Source: a virus. Taken from it: 64,000 nt of DNA. The translations under genes and the position numbers were made by a program. Below, in pieces: positions 37,758-51,400 of the stretch (positions are counted from its first letter, which is position 1; the number at the start of each line of letters is the position of its first letter). The notes beneath the pieces are model-generated. The model made no database searches, was not told the origin of the DNA, and worked only from the letters and a program-made list of their open reading frames with translations. The stretch lies in IMG/VR virus record IMGVR_UViG_3300048580_000526, positions 1 through 64,000 of that record, one strand, 5' to 3'.

Positions 37758-38111
37758 TTAGAATGTTTTTGTGCGATTTGTAATAATTTTTTCACTATTT
37801 ATATTGACTGTTTTTTCAAATTCTACTTTGGCATCATAATAATTTTCAAAAAATGTAGTCAATGATGAATATGCTGTTGTGCATTCTCTAACCACCCATA
37901 CTTCCTCTTTTTTAAATTTTGTAATGGTTTTGATACCATCCATTTCATTATAACCAGTTATTATTTTTTCTTTTTTTAATTGGATAAATGGCGTCCAAAA
38001 TAATTCTTTATTATATTTTGTAGGCATAAAAAAAACCTCTTCATCGAATTGAAGAGGTATAACGTTATTTGGGACTGTGAAATCGAATTCAAGTTGAGTT
38101 TCTAAAAGCAT
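37758..38111 (-). CDS. Hypothetical late protein
   Basis: AAGGAG RBS; TATAAATA(-) at 38141-38148. Confidence 0.65.
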   Translation of the reverse strand: MLLETQLEFDFTVPNNVIPLQFDEEVFFMPTKYNKELFWTPFIQLKKEKIITGYNEMDGIKTITKFKKEEVWVVRECTTAYSSLTTFFENYYDAKVEFEKTVNINSEKIITNRTKTF

Positions 38112-38212
38112 AGTGTGACTCCTTTTTAAATCATTTTTTATATTTATACAAAAACCCATTTTCCAATGTTGCGTTTTTAGCGTTTTTTGAAAAATATAAA
38201 AAATAAATTTAA

Positions 38213-38244
38213 ATTAACTCTATAGTTAATAAAAAAGATAAATA
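38213..38244 (+). promoter_or_regulatory. Palindrome + late promoter of the gp25 operon
   Basis: ATTAACTCTATAGTTAAT-6 bp-GATAAATA. Confidence 0.8.
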
Positions 38245-38265
38245 AAAGCAAAGGAGTTTATAAAA

Positions 38266-38679
38266 ATGGTAAAAACGATTTATCCCGGTGACAAATTTAG
38301 AGGTTTCTCAACAGTTGGTGTAATTGATGGAAATTACAAATTAACTGATATTGACCTTGTGAAAAGAGATTTATTAAACGAGTTCATGACCCCTCAAGGT
38401 TCTCGTCGTCGGTTACCATTGTTCGGGAGTATTATTTGGGGATTAATTTTTGAGCCAATGACAAGTGGTGTTGCGAGTATGATTAAAGATGATATTACCC
38501 GTATCGTCAATCGTGACCCAAGATTGGAATTAATTGATGTATCGGTTTATGAAATTGAATATGGTTTTGGTGCTACTGTTACTGTTAAATATAACCCAAC
38601 ACAAACAGTTGAAGTTTTTACAGCTAATTTTGACCAAAGAGTATTGAATGATGAGTTTACAGGTTCGGGGACACTTTAA
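38266..38679 (+). CDS. Baseplate wedge protein (T4 gp25-like)
   Basis: FRGFST, DIDLVKRDLLN, P.FGSIIW..IFEP, DPR. Confidence 0.9.
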   Translation: MVKTIYPGDKFRGFSTVGVIDGNYKLTDIDLVKRDLLNEFMTPQGSRRRLPLFGSIIWGLIFEPMTSGVASMIKDDITRIVNRDPRLELIDVSVYEIEYGFGATVTVKYNPTQTVEVFTANFDQRVLNDEFTGSGTL

Positions 38680-38699
38680 AATTTGGAGAATGAAGAGAT

Positions 38700-41600
38700 A
38701 TGGCACAGGCTACGAGGCAGAATGAATTATTAGCAGCAGAGGTTTGGGAAACAATTTACCAAAGCTTTAGCTCTATAAATTTCGCAAGTTATGATTTTAA
38801 TACCATTAGAACATCAATGGTAAATTATATTCGTGCAAATTATCCTGAAGATTATAACGATTGGATTGAAAGTTCAGAATTTATTTTCATATTAGATTTA
38901 TTAGCCTACCTTGGGGAACAATTGGCATTCCGCTTTGACTTGAACGTTCGTGAAAATTTTATGGACACAGCAGAGAGAAAAGATTCCATTTTGCGTCTTG
39001 CCAGAATGTTATCCTATTCACCAAAGAGAAACTACCCAGCCTCTGGTTTATTGAAGATCGAACAAATAACCACCACCGAATCGTTGGTTGATTCTAATGA
39101 TAGAGATTTGTCCAATCGTGTCATTTCTTGGAATGATCCAGCCAATGCGGATTGGTTTGAACAATGGGTTATTGTTATGAATGCTATTTTCACTAACACT
39201 AATCCGTTTGGTCGTCCAGTTAATCAAGGGACTATTTTGGGAATTCAAACAGAACTTTACACAATGAACAACATGCCATTTACTATTCCAACAATGTCTT
39301 TTAGTGCTGATATTGATGGAACTGGAATGAATTTTGAAATCGTTAATCCAAACTTTACCGATGGTGAATATTTTTATGAAGTCCCGCCTAACCCAGTTAA
39401 TTCATTTGGTTTATTATACCAAAACGATAGTTTGGGGAACAATTCTAACAATACAGGGTTCTTTTTCTACTTCAAAGAAGGCAATTTACAAAAAGAAGAT
39501 TACTATTTACAAAACCCAACAGAAAATCGTGTTTTGGATATCAATACTACAGGTATCAACGAACCTGACGTTTGGTTCCATGAAATAACAGACAATGGAT
39601 TATTCATTCAAGAGTGGAAGAACGTCCCAACATTATTCGGGGAAAACATTATCTATAACTCCATCGCAGCCACCGTTCGTAACATCTATACAGTAACCAC
39701 AAGGGAAGACGAGCAAATTTCTTTACGTTTCGCTGATGGACGTTATGGCTCAATCCCACAAGGATTTTATCGTTTATGGTATAGAACATCCAATGGCTTG
39801 GTTTATCGTATAAAGGCACAAGATATTCAACGTCAAGAAGTATCAATGCGTTATTATAATTCCAGAAATGAGTTGAATACTGTTACTTTTACGTTTTCAT
39901 TGAAGGACACAGTTTCCAATTCACAACCAGCAGAAACAACTGAAGAAATTCGTGTTCGTGCCCCAAGAGTTTATTATACCCAAAATCGTATGGTGTCTGG
40001 TGAAGATTACAACTTATTCCCACAACGTTCAAACGTTGCAGTAAAGGTCAAGGCAGTTAATAGAACATATTCTGGTCACAGTCGTTATATTGATATCAAC
40101 GATCCAACAGGGACTTATCAAAATACAAATGTTTTTTCTAATGATGGTATAATTTATAAAGCCAGAGAAGACACTTATAAGAATATTTCACGTTCAACAA
40201 ATTTAACTCCAACACAAATAGTTATTGATGAACTTCAGCCATTATTGGTTACAACTGAAATGAAAAATTTCTTGTTTGAACAATTGGCATCACAATTCAT
40301 TTTAACAGCTAATAATACTCCAAATATGCCCGGTACACCTAATGCAATTTTCTGGGTTCCAATCACATGGACAGCATCAGATTCGACTATCTACAATCAT
40401 ACAGGTATATTCAGTACTTCAGTATCACAAGGCACTGGTGGGAATAATGCAGACTATATAACTGAAGGTGCAATGATAAAATTTGCGTCTGCTGGTTGGG
40501 TAAAAGTTGAAAGTATTGTTAATTATGGAAATGAATTCCCAAATAATGATAGAACAGTTGCAGGTGAAGTTGTGTTGTCAGCGATAGTTAAAACTGGTGA
40601 TACTGTTTTGCAAATAAAACCTGCATTTGATACCACTTTGGTACAAGTTGAGATTTCATCATTTGAAACTTATATTCGTAATTCAAATACTTTTGCGATT
40701 CGTTATGATATTCCAACAAAAACTTGGAAAGCCATTGATGGTAACCATATTAACTTGACCAACGATTTTAATTTATCCACTGCTGGTGATGTTTTAAATC
40801 AAAACAACGATTCATCATGGTTAGTATATGTTGAATACTCCCCAGATAGTTGGAACATTACTGCAAGAGGAATGATTTATGTTTTTGAATCTGTGAAGGA
40901 CACAAGATTTTTCTACGTTAACAACTATAAAGTCACAGATTTGACTACAGGCTTGGCAAAAAGAGATTACATTAAAATAGTTTCCACTAACAAGCGTCCA
41001 ACATCAAACCCAATGGTGTGGCAATCAAACACAGTTTACCAACAAGGAGAATTCGTTTTATACAACGGGAAGACTTGGCGAGCCACTGTTGCCAATACAG
41101 CGTTAAACACCATTCCACAAACAGGTTCGACCTCTTGGGTTGAAGTCCCTGTTTCATCATTTGGGGAAGATTTATATTTTAAAGTTTATGATTCTTTTAT
41201 ATACAACGATGGGCATGTTGAAACTCGTCGTGTTAAAATTGACTTTTATGATTCCCAAGACGATGGTTTACCAGACGACCCAGAAAGTTTTGAGAAAATT
41301 GTTATGAATGACTTTTTCAATGGTGATGTTCAACTTTCAGAAAGGTTCAGATATGCATTTTGGGAAACCTATACAGAGACAGATGGTTATCTTTACAAAC
41401 GTCCAAATTTGAATGTTAGACAATTACCAAATTTGGAATCAGGTAACATTTACTATTATAGCACAGCAGCAACAAATAAAATAACATCAATCACAAGTTA
41501 TGCTAATATTTCCACCCCAACCCTAACAGGGGCTGCTATTGGCGATCTTTATATGATATATTTTGACATTGATGATAATAATTCAGCTTTAATTTGGCGT

Positions 41601-42482
41601 TACAGTGGTACAGCATGGGTTCCATTGACTGGCACGACTGTTGATGAAGATGTTGTTTATGCTAATGGATTGTTCTTCATTAGAACATTTGATGGTTCAA
41701 AAGCTGTTCCTAATTACTTTGAACAAGTTGATAACGTTTATGGTAATGTTGTGTTTGATTGGAAAAATAAAAAATTCTGGAAATGTGACCCTATCACTAA
41801 CCCATTATTGCCTTGGACACAAGCTGCAGATGGAGCATATGAATATAATGTTGGGCGTGTTAATTTGGATTACCAATGGAAACATTATGCACCAAGAGAT
41901 CAACGAATTGACCCAGCAATTACAAATATTATTGATTTGTACGTATTGACTACAGAATATAATAGGTCATTGCGTAATTGGATAGCTACAGGGACATTGA
42001 CAACTGATAAACCACTACCACCAACAATTAATGAACTTCAAAGTTCTTTTACAGAATTTGAAGATTTCAAGATGGTATCAGACCAATTAATTTGGAAGCC
42101 AGTTAGATATAAATTATTATTTGGTAATGCTGCAGATGACAATTTGAAGGCTATAATTAAAGTAGTGAAAACTAATAGCACAACAATGTCTGATGGTGAA
42201 ATTAAGAGTGCAGTTATTACTGCGATAAATAATTACTTTAGTTTAGTGAATTGGGATTTTGGTGAAACTTTTTACTTTACAGACATGGCTGCATATATCC
42301 ATCAACAGATGGCTACTATCATTGGTTCTATTGTTTTAGTACCATTAAATGCAGAAGCAAAGTTTGGAAATTTATTCCAAATTAAATGTGAATCTGATGA
42401 ACTTTTTATAAGTTGTGCAGATGTTACAAACGTGACAATTGAGACTAATTTTAATAATTCAACATTAAGGATTGGGAAATAA
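38700..42482 (+). CDS. Baseplate wedge protein (T4 gp6-like)
   Basis: SYDFNTIR, ENFMDTAER.DSILRLA..YSPKR, TQNRMVSGEDY, NWDFGETFYF; CBM5/12-like insert WQSNTVYQQGEFVLYNGKTWRA. Confidence 0.88.
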   Translation: MAQATRQNELLAAEVWETIYQSFSSINFASYDFNTIRTSMVNYIRANYPEDYNDWIESSEFIFILDLLAYLGEQLAFRFDLNVRENFMDTAERKDSILRLARMLSYSPKRNYPASGLLKIEQITTTESLVDSNDRDLSNRVISWNDPANADWFEQWVIVMNAIFTNTNPFGRPVNQGTILGIQTELYTMNNMPFTIPTMSFSADIDGTGMNFEIVNPNFTDGEYFYEVPPNPVNSFGLLYQNDSLGNNSNNTGFFFYFKEGNLQKEDYYLQNPTENRVLDINTTGINEPDVWFHEITDNGLFIQEWKNVPTLFGENIIYNSIAATVRNIYTVTTREDEQISLRFADGRYGSIPQGFYRLWYRTSNGLVYRIKAQDIQRQEVSMRYYNSRNELNTVTFTFSLKDTVSNSQPAETTEEIRVRAPRVYYTQNRMVSGEDYNLFPQRSNVAVKVKAVNRTYSGHSRYIDINDPTGTYQNTNVFSNDGIIYKAREDTYKNISRSTNLTPTQIVIDELQPLLVTTEMKNFLFEQLASQFILTANNTPNMPGTPNAIFWVPITWTASDSTIYNHTGIFSTSVSQGTGGNNADYITEGAMIKFASAGWVKVESIVNYGNEFPNNDRTVAGEVVLSAIVKTGDTVLQIKPAFDTTLVQVEISSFETYIRNSNTFAIRYDIPTKTWKAIDGNHINLTNDFNLSTAGDVLNQNNDSSWLVYVEYSPDSWNITARGMIYVFESVKDTRFFYVNNYKVTDLTTGLAKRDYIKIVSTNKRPTSNPMVWQSNTVYQQGEFVLYNGKTWRATVANTALNTIPQTGSTSWVEVPVSSFGEDLYFKVYDSFIYNDGHVETRRVKIDFYDSQDDGLPDDPESFEKIVMNDFFNGDVQLSERFRYAFWETYTETDGYLYKRPNLNVRQLPNLESGNIYYYSTAATNKITSITSYANISTPTLTGAAIGDLYMIYFDIDDNNSALIWRYSGTAWVPLTGTTVDEDVVYANGLFFIRTFDGSKAVPNYFEQVDNVYGNVVFDWKNKKFWKCDPITNPLLPWTQAADGAYEYNVGRVNLDYQWKHYAPRDQRIDPAITNIIDLYVLTTEYNRSLRNWIATGTLTTDKPLPPTINELQSSFTEFEDFKMVSDQLIWKPVRYKLLFGNAADDNLKAIIKVVKTNSTTMSDGEIKSAVITAINNYFSLVNWDFGETFYFTDMAAYIHQQMATIIGSIVLVPLNAEAKFGNLFQIKCESDELFISCADVTNVTIETNFNNSTLRIGK

Positions 42483-45400
42483 TGGCAAATAACGAACAAC
42501 TTTTTATATACGCAGACATAATTCAAGTACCAGATAAAAGAAAAATGATTAAACAACTTCCAGGGGTTGTTCAAACACAAACATTGCAAAATTTCTTTTC
42601 TGCTACTGTGGATCATTTATTTCAACCAGTTCAAAGTGAACGTGTCGCAGGATATATTGGTCAAAAGCCATCATATTATGACCCATCCAAAGATTTTTAT
42701 GTTCCAGAATTATCTCAAGAACGTTCAATTTATCAATTGGAACCATGTGCAACCACAAAAAATGGTAATAGCATCACCAATGCAATTTTCTTCGCAGATT
42801 TATTACAAGCATTGCGTTCTGAAGGTGCTAATATAACCAACCAAAATCGTTTGTTTGAGCAAGATTATTATTCTTGGTGTCCACCTATCAATTTGGATAT
42901 GCTTATCAACTACTCCCAATACTATTGGCTTGAAAATGGTCCAGAACCAATTTTAGTTAAAACAGCCACTGATATTGATACACAATTGGTTGGTAAGACA
43001 GCACCAGATGCAGCTGACTTGACTTTTGGTGATTCAGGTTCTGTAAAAATCACTTCTGGTATGAGAATAATATTATTAAACGACTCAAATCCAGCTTATA
43101 ATGGAAAAACTATATCTATTGAAGGCGTTGGGAAAAGTATTTTTATCGTTGAATTTAATGAAACAGACCTAAATTCTACACCATGGGATTTATTCCCTTG
43201 GGATAGGTTTGATTGGGATTTGAGTACTTTGACAAGTTCTGATTATATCATCATGGAACGAGGCTGTAAGGATACAAATTCTTGGGCAAGAAACAATCAC
43301 TGGTATCATAAAGACGTTCTTTTGGCATCAAATACTTCATTGTTTACTAACATTAATAAACAAGCCAGTAGACCTATTATTTGTTTTGAACGCAACTTGG
43401 AACTTTATAATTATGGGGATTTTAGAAGAAGTTCTGTGGACCTTATTGATGTTGATTCACAATCTATGGACCCATTTAATAATTTCCACCCACCACAAGG
43501 GGAACGTTGGGTATTATTACAGGTTGATGGTACGTTGCAATTTATTAATGAAAACAATGGGATATCATACCAAGAACAAATTAGAACATTAAAAGCACAA
43601 TATCCGGAACAACCAGAAAAAGTTCAAATTATTAAAAATGGTAGTACGATTTTATTTACTGCTATTATTGATAGCGATGTTAAAAACAACAAACCATATT
43701 TGGTAAAAATCGACAATCCAGTTTCAACAAGCAGTGTTAATTCTTGGGATTCTGAACCATTGGATATTGATGTATGGGAAGAATCAGACCCAGACATTAG
43801 CTTATCATATTCTGAAATAATAACTGGATTCTTGCGTTTTACACCTGTCACTGACAGTCAAGATGGAACAGCTGGACCAAACATTGGTGATATTATTAAA
43901 ATAAAATTTGGTGAATATCAAGGGAAAGAGATGTGGTTTGATGGGCATAATTGGATTATCGCTCAAGAGAAGAAAGACGTTAACCAAGAACCATTATTCA
44001 CCCTTTATGATGCTAACCCAAATGGTAATGTTGGGGTAAGATTGGATGATGAAACCCGTTACCCAGGAAGCTCATTCAAGGGAAATAAAATTTTTGGGTT
44101 CTTGTTGAACACAGATAATAGAACTGTAACAGATCAATATATTGGTAAAAAATTAACCTATAATGAATGGGGCGAAATAAAGTATCAAGATTTCTTGGAT
44201 ATAGTAACTGACAACGATTTGGTTAATACTCGTTATACCTATACAAAATCAAAATACAATAACCAACCAATATCAGGTTATTATTTCTGGAAAATTAAAT
44301 CAGATGAATTTTATGGTAATAATTGGTGGACTGTTAACGAAACATCAAAACAATTTATCGTTGATAATTTTATAGTAACATCTGACCAACCAATAATTAA
44401 TAAACAAACATTCATTGGTGATGGGGTAACTTCATCGTTTATTTTGAATCATAATGTTCCAACAAAAGATTATTTGAGGGTCGTGGTAAAAGATTCTACC
44501 ACCAATACAAATATATTTTATAAAATGGATGATAATAGTAATAAGGTTGAATTTTATGACATTCCATCTGTTGGACAAGTTATAACTTTTTATCACTATA
44601 GTAAACCAAAATCTAATTTAGAATTTATTATCAGTCAAGAACCAGATGTTAATTTACTATTAAATAAACAAGATAATTTGATGGTTTATATTAATGGAAA
44701 AGTCGCAACACCAGGTGAACATTATTTATTAGTTAACCAAAGAGAATTTGATGCCACAACACCTATTAGTAAAATAGCAATATTACAAACAACAGATTCA
44801 ACAAACATTAGTATTATGAAAAATACTAACATTACAGTTAAATCATATTCTCCTCTCACACCTGATTTGGACATTAATGGGCACTATGAAATACCAAATA
44901 ACTTGGCAATCAATCCAGATTGGAGTGAAGTATCTTATATAACATCAGACCAATTCTTACCACAATTTAGTGCTATTATTAAGAACCAACCAAATTTTTC
45001 TGGTATTGAATATGAAGCCAATAATTGGAGAGATACTATACAGGATCGTTCACTTGGTAGGACAATTATCCAACATACATCCCCATTATTGCGCCTTATG
45101 ATAAGCAATGCCAATGATGATTTGGATTATATGAAGTCCAGTCGTTTTGTGGAAACAGAATACACCAGATTTAAAAATAAATTCTTACAAAAATTGACTA
45201 AATTTTGGATTAAAGATTTTATTCATGTAGACATAACATCAACCACAGAAGCACAAAGAAAAATTGTAAAGAAAGCTGCCATTGATAGTATTATGAAAGA
45301 AATCAACCTTGGAAAAGTTTATAAGGTATCACCATTCTCATATTCCAATATGGCTGGTATGAATTGGTTTATCCCCCCAACTCCAAGTTTTCTTGGATTA

Positions 45401-48400
45401 TTCCCAACATTCAAACCAGAAAAATATGTTGATGATACTTACCTAACTCCTATTGAAGTTATCCAATGCCATGATGGTTCATTGTTGAAAACTTTTGGTG
45501 ATTATCGTGATGAAATTATTTTGGAATTGGAAACATTAATTTATGAATCAATCCCATTAAAATTTAGAGATGGAAATCCACATAATGCATTCCAATACAA
45601 ACGTTATTTCCCAGGAAAATTCAGAACACAACTTTCGGAATATACAAGGGAAGAAATAAACACCATTTCACAACCTATGTTTGAACGTTGGGTATCTGAA
45701 AACCAACAATCATATCGTCCACATACAGGATTTGATTATACAAATTTGTGGACTTATAACTGGTCCACTTCTACAGATAATTTGGGAAATCCAGTACCGG
45801 GACATTGGAGGGGAATCTTCAATTGGTTCTTTGATACAGATAGACCTCATACTCATCCATGGGAAATGTTAGGTTTCAGCGAAAGCCCTGACTGGTGGGA
45901 AACATATTATGGACCAGTCCCATATACAAGAGGGAACATGAACCTTTGGGAAGATTTGGAAAAAGGTATTATTCGTGAAGGTTCGAGGGCTGGTATTGAT
46001 CCATATTATGCAAGACCTGGGCTATTGAATATATTACCAGTTGATGAATATGGACACTTGATAGACCCATGGACAGCAGGTATGTTGAGAAGAAAACCAA
46101 ATTATTCAGAAGCAGAAGCAGATTGGGTATATGGTGATGGTTCACCAGTTGAAACAAAATGGAAAAAAACTTCACAATTCCCGTTTGCAATGTCACAAAT
46201 TGGATATTTGATTAAACCAGCACGTTGGATGGAACAATGCTGGAACCCATTAGACGATGAATTTATTTATGACCAAAAACAATTAATCAGAAAGTCAACA
46301 TTGAATAGAAGTTCTCATTCAAAATTCACAGTTCATGGTGAAACTTATAATGGGCAATTGGTTATAAATTATGGTTATCAACAATGGATAACTGATCGCT
46401 TATTATCAAACAACAAATCACCTGGAAGCAATTTCGGTGATGTTATCAGGGCACTTGGTGTTCAACTTGGTTATAAGGTTGGTGGGTTCTGTAATCCATA
46501 TACATTCTATGCTGATAACATTTTGGGTTCATTGCCAGCAGAAAATATTAATCAATTTTTATACAGAAGCCCATCTGTCAGGGAAGAAATCTACAGTGGT
46601 GTAATCATTGAATGGACAGGACGTTCTTATAAAGTTTCTGGTTATGATTCCATAAATCCAGTGTTCAAGATCATCCCAAGCGACGTTTTTGGTAAGAAAG
46701 TATCACATGACGTTGGTGGGACTGTTACCATCCAACCACCAGAATGGCAACAAGGGATTCTTTATAATGTTGGCGACACAGTAATGTTTAACTACACATA
46801 TTATAAGGCTATTAAAACAAATCAATCCACTACTTATTTCGACCCTACAGTTTGGGTGGAGACAACATTGAGTGCATCATTAAGTGGCACCACTGTTTTT
46901 GAATATTTGGAACCAATTTATGACAGACGTATTGAGACAATTCCATATGGTTATGAGTTTAGTTCAAGACAAGATACTTTTGATTTCTTGGTATCTTATC
47001 AACGCTATTTAATATCTCGTGGATGGGCATTTGATGATATTGATGAAACCACCACCAACGAAAAAATTGATTGGATATTATCAGGTAGATTGTTTGTTCA
47101 ATGGTCATTGGAAAGAGATAAGAACGTTGGGACATTTATTAAATTATCCCCATATGCAATTCATGCCCAATACAAATCCTCCTTTGGCTCTATCCAATCA
47201 ATTGAGCAAGTTCTCAATGGTGTGTATAGCTTGTTGGATGAAAATGGCTTTATTATTGAACCTCATGATATAATTTCTATGCGTTCTGATGACGTTATGG
47301 ATATCAATTTATTATTAAATGATCGTTCATTATCATCTGTTAGATTGTTCGTTAGTGAAATTGAGCATGTTATATTATTTGATAACGTCACAGTGTTCAA
47401 TGATTTGATATTTGACCCATTATTTAACCAACGCCAAGTTCGTTTGAAGGTCGATGGCACCAGAACACTTGCATGGAATGGAAGAATTGATGCCCCTGGT
47501 TATATCATTAGTGATAATTTGATTTATCCAAACTTTGAAAAAACCGCCAAAGATTTCTTGCGACTTTATGGCATTGAGGACGTTGTTGATAACGTTGAAT
47601 TACAAAACCGTGCTCGTCACCTTATTGGATACCAAGAGCGTCCATATTTACAAAATCTTCTTTTGAGTCCAACCACAAATTTCCAATTCTACCAAGGGAT
47701 GATTCATGCGAAGGGTTCTCGTGGAAGTATGACCAAATTATTCAGAAGCGAATATGTTTCAGAATCAAGGGACTTCAAAATATTTGAAGAATGGGCGTTC
47801 AAGTTGGGCGACTACGGCGCAATTGACACCAACCCAACCATGGAGTTTTATTTAGACCCATTGAACGGAAAACAAATCACTGAAGACCCACAATTGGTTA
47901 CCTTTAATGAATTACAAAACAGTTCATCCTTGCCAGCAGAACCAAGCGACCTCGATGATCGTTATGATAATATTATTTCACTTTATGACTATTTTGAAGA
48001 TGGTAAATTGGTAACACCAGATAAACGCTGGTTGCGCCGTCCAAATGGTATTGGTAATCTATGGGAAAAACGAGACTTTGGGTTCTATGCATCAGATATT
48101 CCAAACGCTGGTCCAATAAAATTAGATGAAGTTGATTATTTCATAACCAATACTACAGAATTATTGAAATTCTCCACAAATTTACGTGTTGATAAAAACA
48201 AGTCATTGACAGATGGTGAAAGATTGTGGATATATGACACTGGTTGTGGTGATTGGAGTGTTTATCGTGTTACAGGTGTTACATCAAATAGTGCAAGTGT
48301 AACATCTGTGAGTCTGAATGCATCAATTGACCAAGATTCATTGTGTGGTTTAGACGTTTCCACAGTCACATTAATTCCTAATCAAAAAATGGATTTAACA

Positions 48401-51400
48401 TCTGTACACAGTTTGGTAGATGGACAATATTTTGTTGTTGTTGAACAACCAAAGTACCCATTAGGACAATATGAAAGTTTGTTGGGGACTTATAAGGCTG
48501 AGATTGGTACACATGGTACTATGATTTATTATTCTTCACCAAATACCATATCTAATACTTGGACAGATGGTACTGGACCACAAATTTTTTCATATATGCC
48601 AATGAGATACCCAACATTGAATTCTGTTACTGGTATTAATCCAAATACAGGATGGAAATCAAAAAACAATAATTATATTTTTGAATTAAATTCGAACGTC
48701 TTGGCAGTTGATTCAAATGGGCATTATATTGGGAGTTTAAAATTAATCGATTCATCTAAAATCAACAGTACTACTATTTTGGGTGTGTCGTTAGAGTTGG
48801 TTACTCCAACAAATAATATCCATAACGAAGCTTTTACAGTTGAAATTGGTAATGTATTTAAAAATAATTATTATACATTCACTACCCCATCATTAGTTTC
48901 TAATGATTTGGTGCAATCATTTACATTAAATGATAATATTGCAGGTACAGGTTTGAGACAGATTATTATTGGTTCAACACCACATAATTTTAATGCAAAA
49001 TATAAAATTGGTACACAAATTGTTGGAAAAATTTCAAATATACAAGTTGATATTACACATGCTTTTGCACAAACAGTTAATCCAGTTACTTTTAGTATTG
49101 GTACTTTGGCTGATCCAAACAAATATATTGTGAGTGGTTCTGTTAATATCACTGTTATCAACACTGTTGTATTTGATACTTTGCATGAAATATATGAACC
49201 AGAAGATATTTATGTGTTTTATGATTTGGGGAATATCCCAGACCAATTGGGTTCAATGAATGTTGCAATCACCTATAAGAATGAAATTGATTATACCACT
49301 AACGTTTTATACACCACCAACGATGATTTGATGATGTACTATAACTTTGGTACTATTTTACCATCTGACAACGCCATGGGCACCTTTAGGGTTCATATTA
49401 CTATTAAAGAAGACAACAGTGATATTATTTGGGTTGATGATGCGAGAACATCTTATGAAATTCAAAAATCCATCACACCATATTGGGCATCTTACATACC
49501 TGCAATGATGGAGACAACAATTTCCTATAACGACCAAAAATATTTTAATGGGAATAAATTCCTAACAGCATCAACCCCACGTAATCTTTTTAATAATGAA
49601 GATAGATTGATTAATAAACAAATTACAAGAATTGAAGTTGAAGTGCAGGAAGCATTTACTAATACATCCACAGTATTTAATGGAAGTTTTGATTATAGTG
49701 ATTTAGGGTCTGCTAACACTACTGTTATTAACGGGCAATCTTGGATGTACAATGAAATTAATTTGGTTGGTGAAACATCTAATGCTATGGATGGTGTTGT
49801 GACTGATTTACAAATCACCATTGCAAGTCAAGGTTCATTTGTTCGTCCAACAACAATTAAATTGTTTACACCAAACACTTCTTATGCTGCAGGGGCATTA
49901 ATTTGTCAAAATGGATTGATTGAAAAAGCAAGAGTTTCATTCACCAGTGGTGCAACATACAATCAATCAGATTGGATTCAGATGCCAAAGTTGCAAATGA
50001 TGATTGGTACAATGTCCAATCCTAATATTGTTTTGAATGAAAATATTATTGATTTGGCTACAGCTAATGTTACAGATATACCAATGAAAGTTGAAGTAAT
50101 ATCACCAAACGTTGGTTCACCAGAAGCATTGTATGTTTTCTATAACTTCAATCAATATAATATTAATACAAGTAACACAAGTGCTGTGACAATTTCTGGT
50201 ACAATTAAATCATTTGTGAAAATTGGTCATATGTCTGGTAATAATTTTGGGTTCGCCCCAATAGTTCTCACAGATGAACTAAAAACCACAGGTGTTTACA
50301 CTTATGCACCAAAATATTATTATGATTCATTATTGAAAACAAATAACTTGCAAATTGGTATAGTTGGACATGACACATCTACAGGTAAAATCATTGTTCG
50401 TGTTACCACATGGGATCAAACATGGGTACAAGATCGTGTTGAAATCAAGAAAATTTCACCAAATCAAATTGAATCAGCATTATTATATAATATTGAAACA
50501 GATCGTATTGAACGTTATTTGACATATTATGATTTATATAAGGGCATCGTTCCAGGTAATGCTAATAGGGAAATTTATTACAGAACATTAACAGACCCTG
50601 CAAAATACACACATGGAACTGGATTGTCTGACAAAAATATTGACCCAGAACAAGCTTGGGGTATGCCAGAGTTGGGCAGAGTTTGGTGGGACTTGTCCAC
50701 CACACGTGCATTAGAATATGAAATTGGTGATGACTTGCAATACTCTTGGAAAAATTGGGGCAAGACAGTTCCAAATTCCACTATTGACATTTATGAATGG
50801 GTTCGTTCTCCAGTTGCACCAAAAGCATTGGCTGCAGGCAATTCATCATTCAACGCTTCATCCTATTCAGGGCAATTGGACGGTATCGTTAAAGACGCCG
50901 ACAATCCATTCTGGGTCGAGAGTAAAGAATTTGACAAGACCGTTGGGACTTTTAAAACTTTTTATTATTTCTGGATGAAGAACAAGAACACCGTTCCAGC
51001 AGTACCATTTAGAAACGTTTCTGTATCGCAAGTAGCGGCAATGATCTCCAACCCATCTGGGCAGGACATTCCTTGGTTTGCGCCTATCAACGAAAACTCC
51101 ATTCTTTTGGGATCGCTAAAACAATACTACACCAATGGTAATATCGTTCTCCAAATCAACTGGAAAACTGGTACTAACGATGGTAACATCCATCGCCAAT
51201 GGGTGTTGTTGCGTGAAAACGACCCAATGTCACAAATTGACACAAGACTTTGGAATAAAATGCGTGACAGTTTAACTGGCTGGGATTCCTATAGCGAGAC
51301 GGTTGTAAATCTTGATGGAAGCCATTCTGTTGTGTCTACACCAAAACAAGTCCCAGAGCCAAATTTGACAATCGTACAAAAATATGGTACACTATATCGT

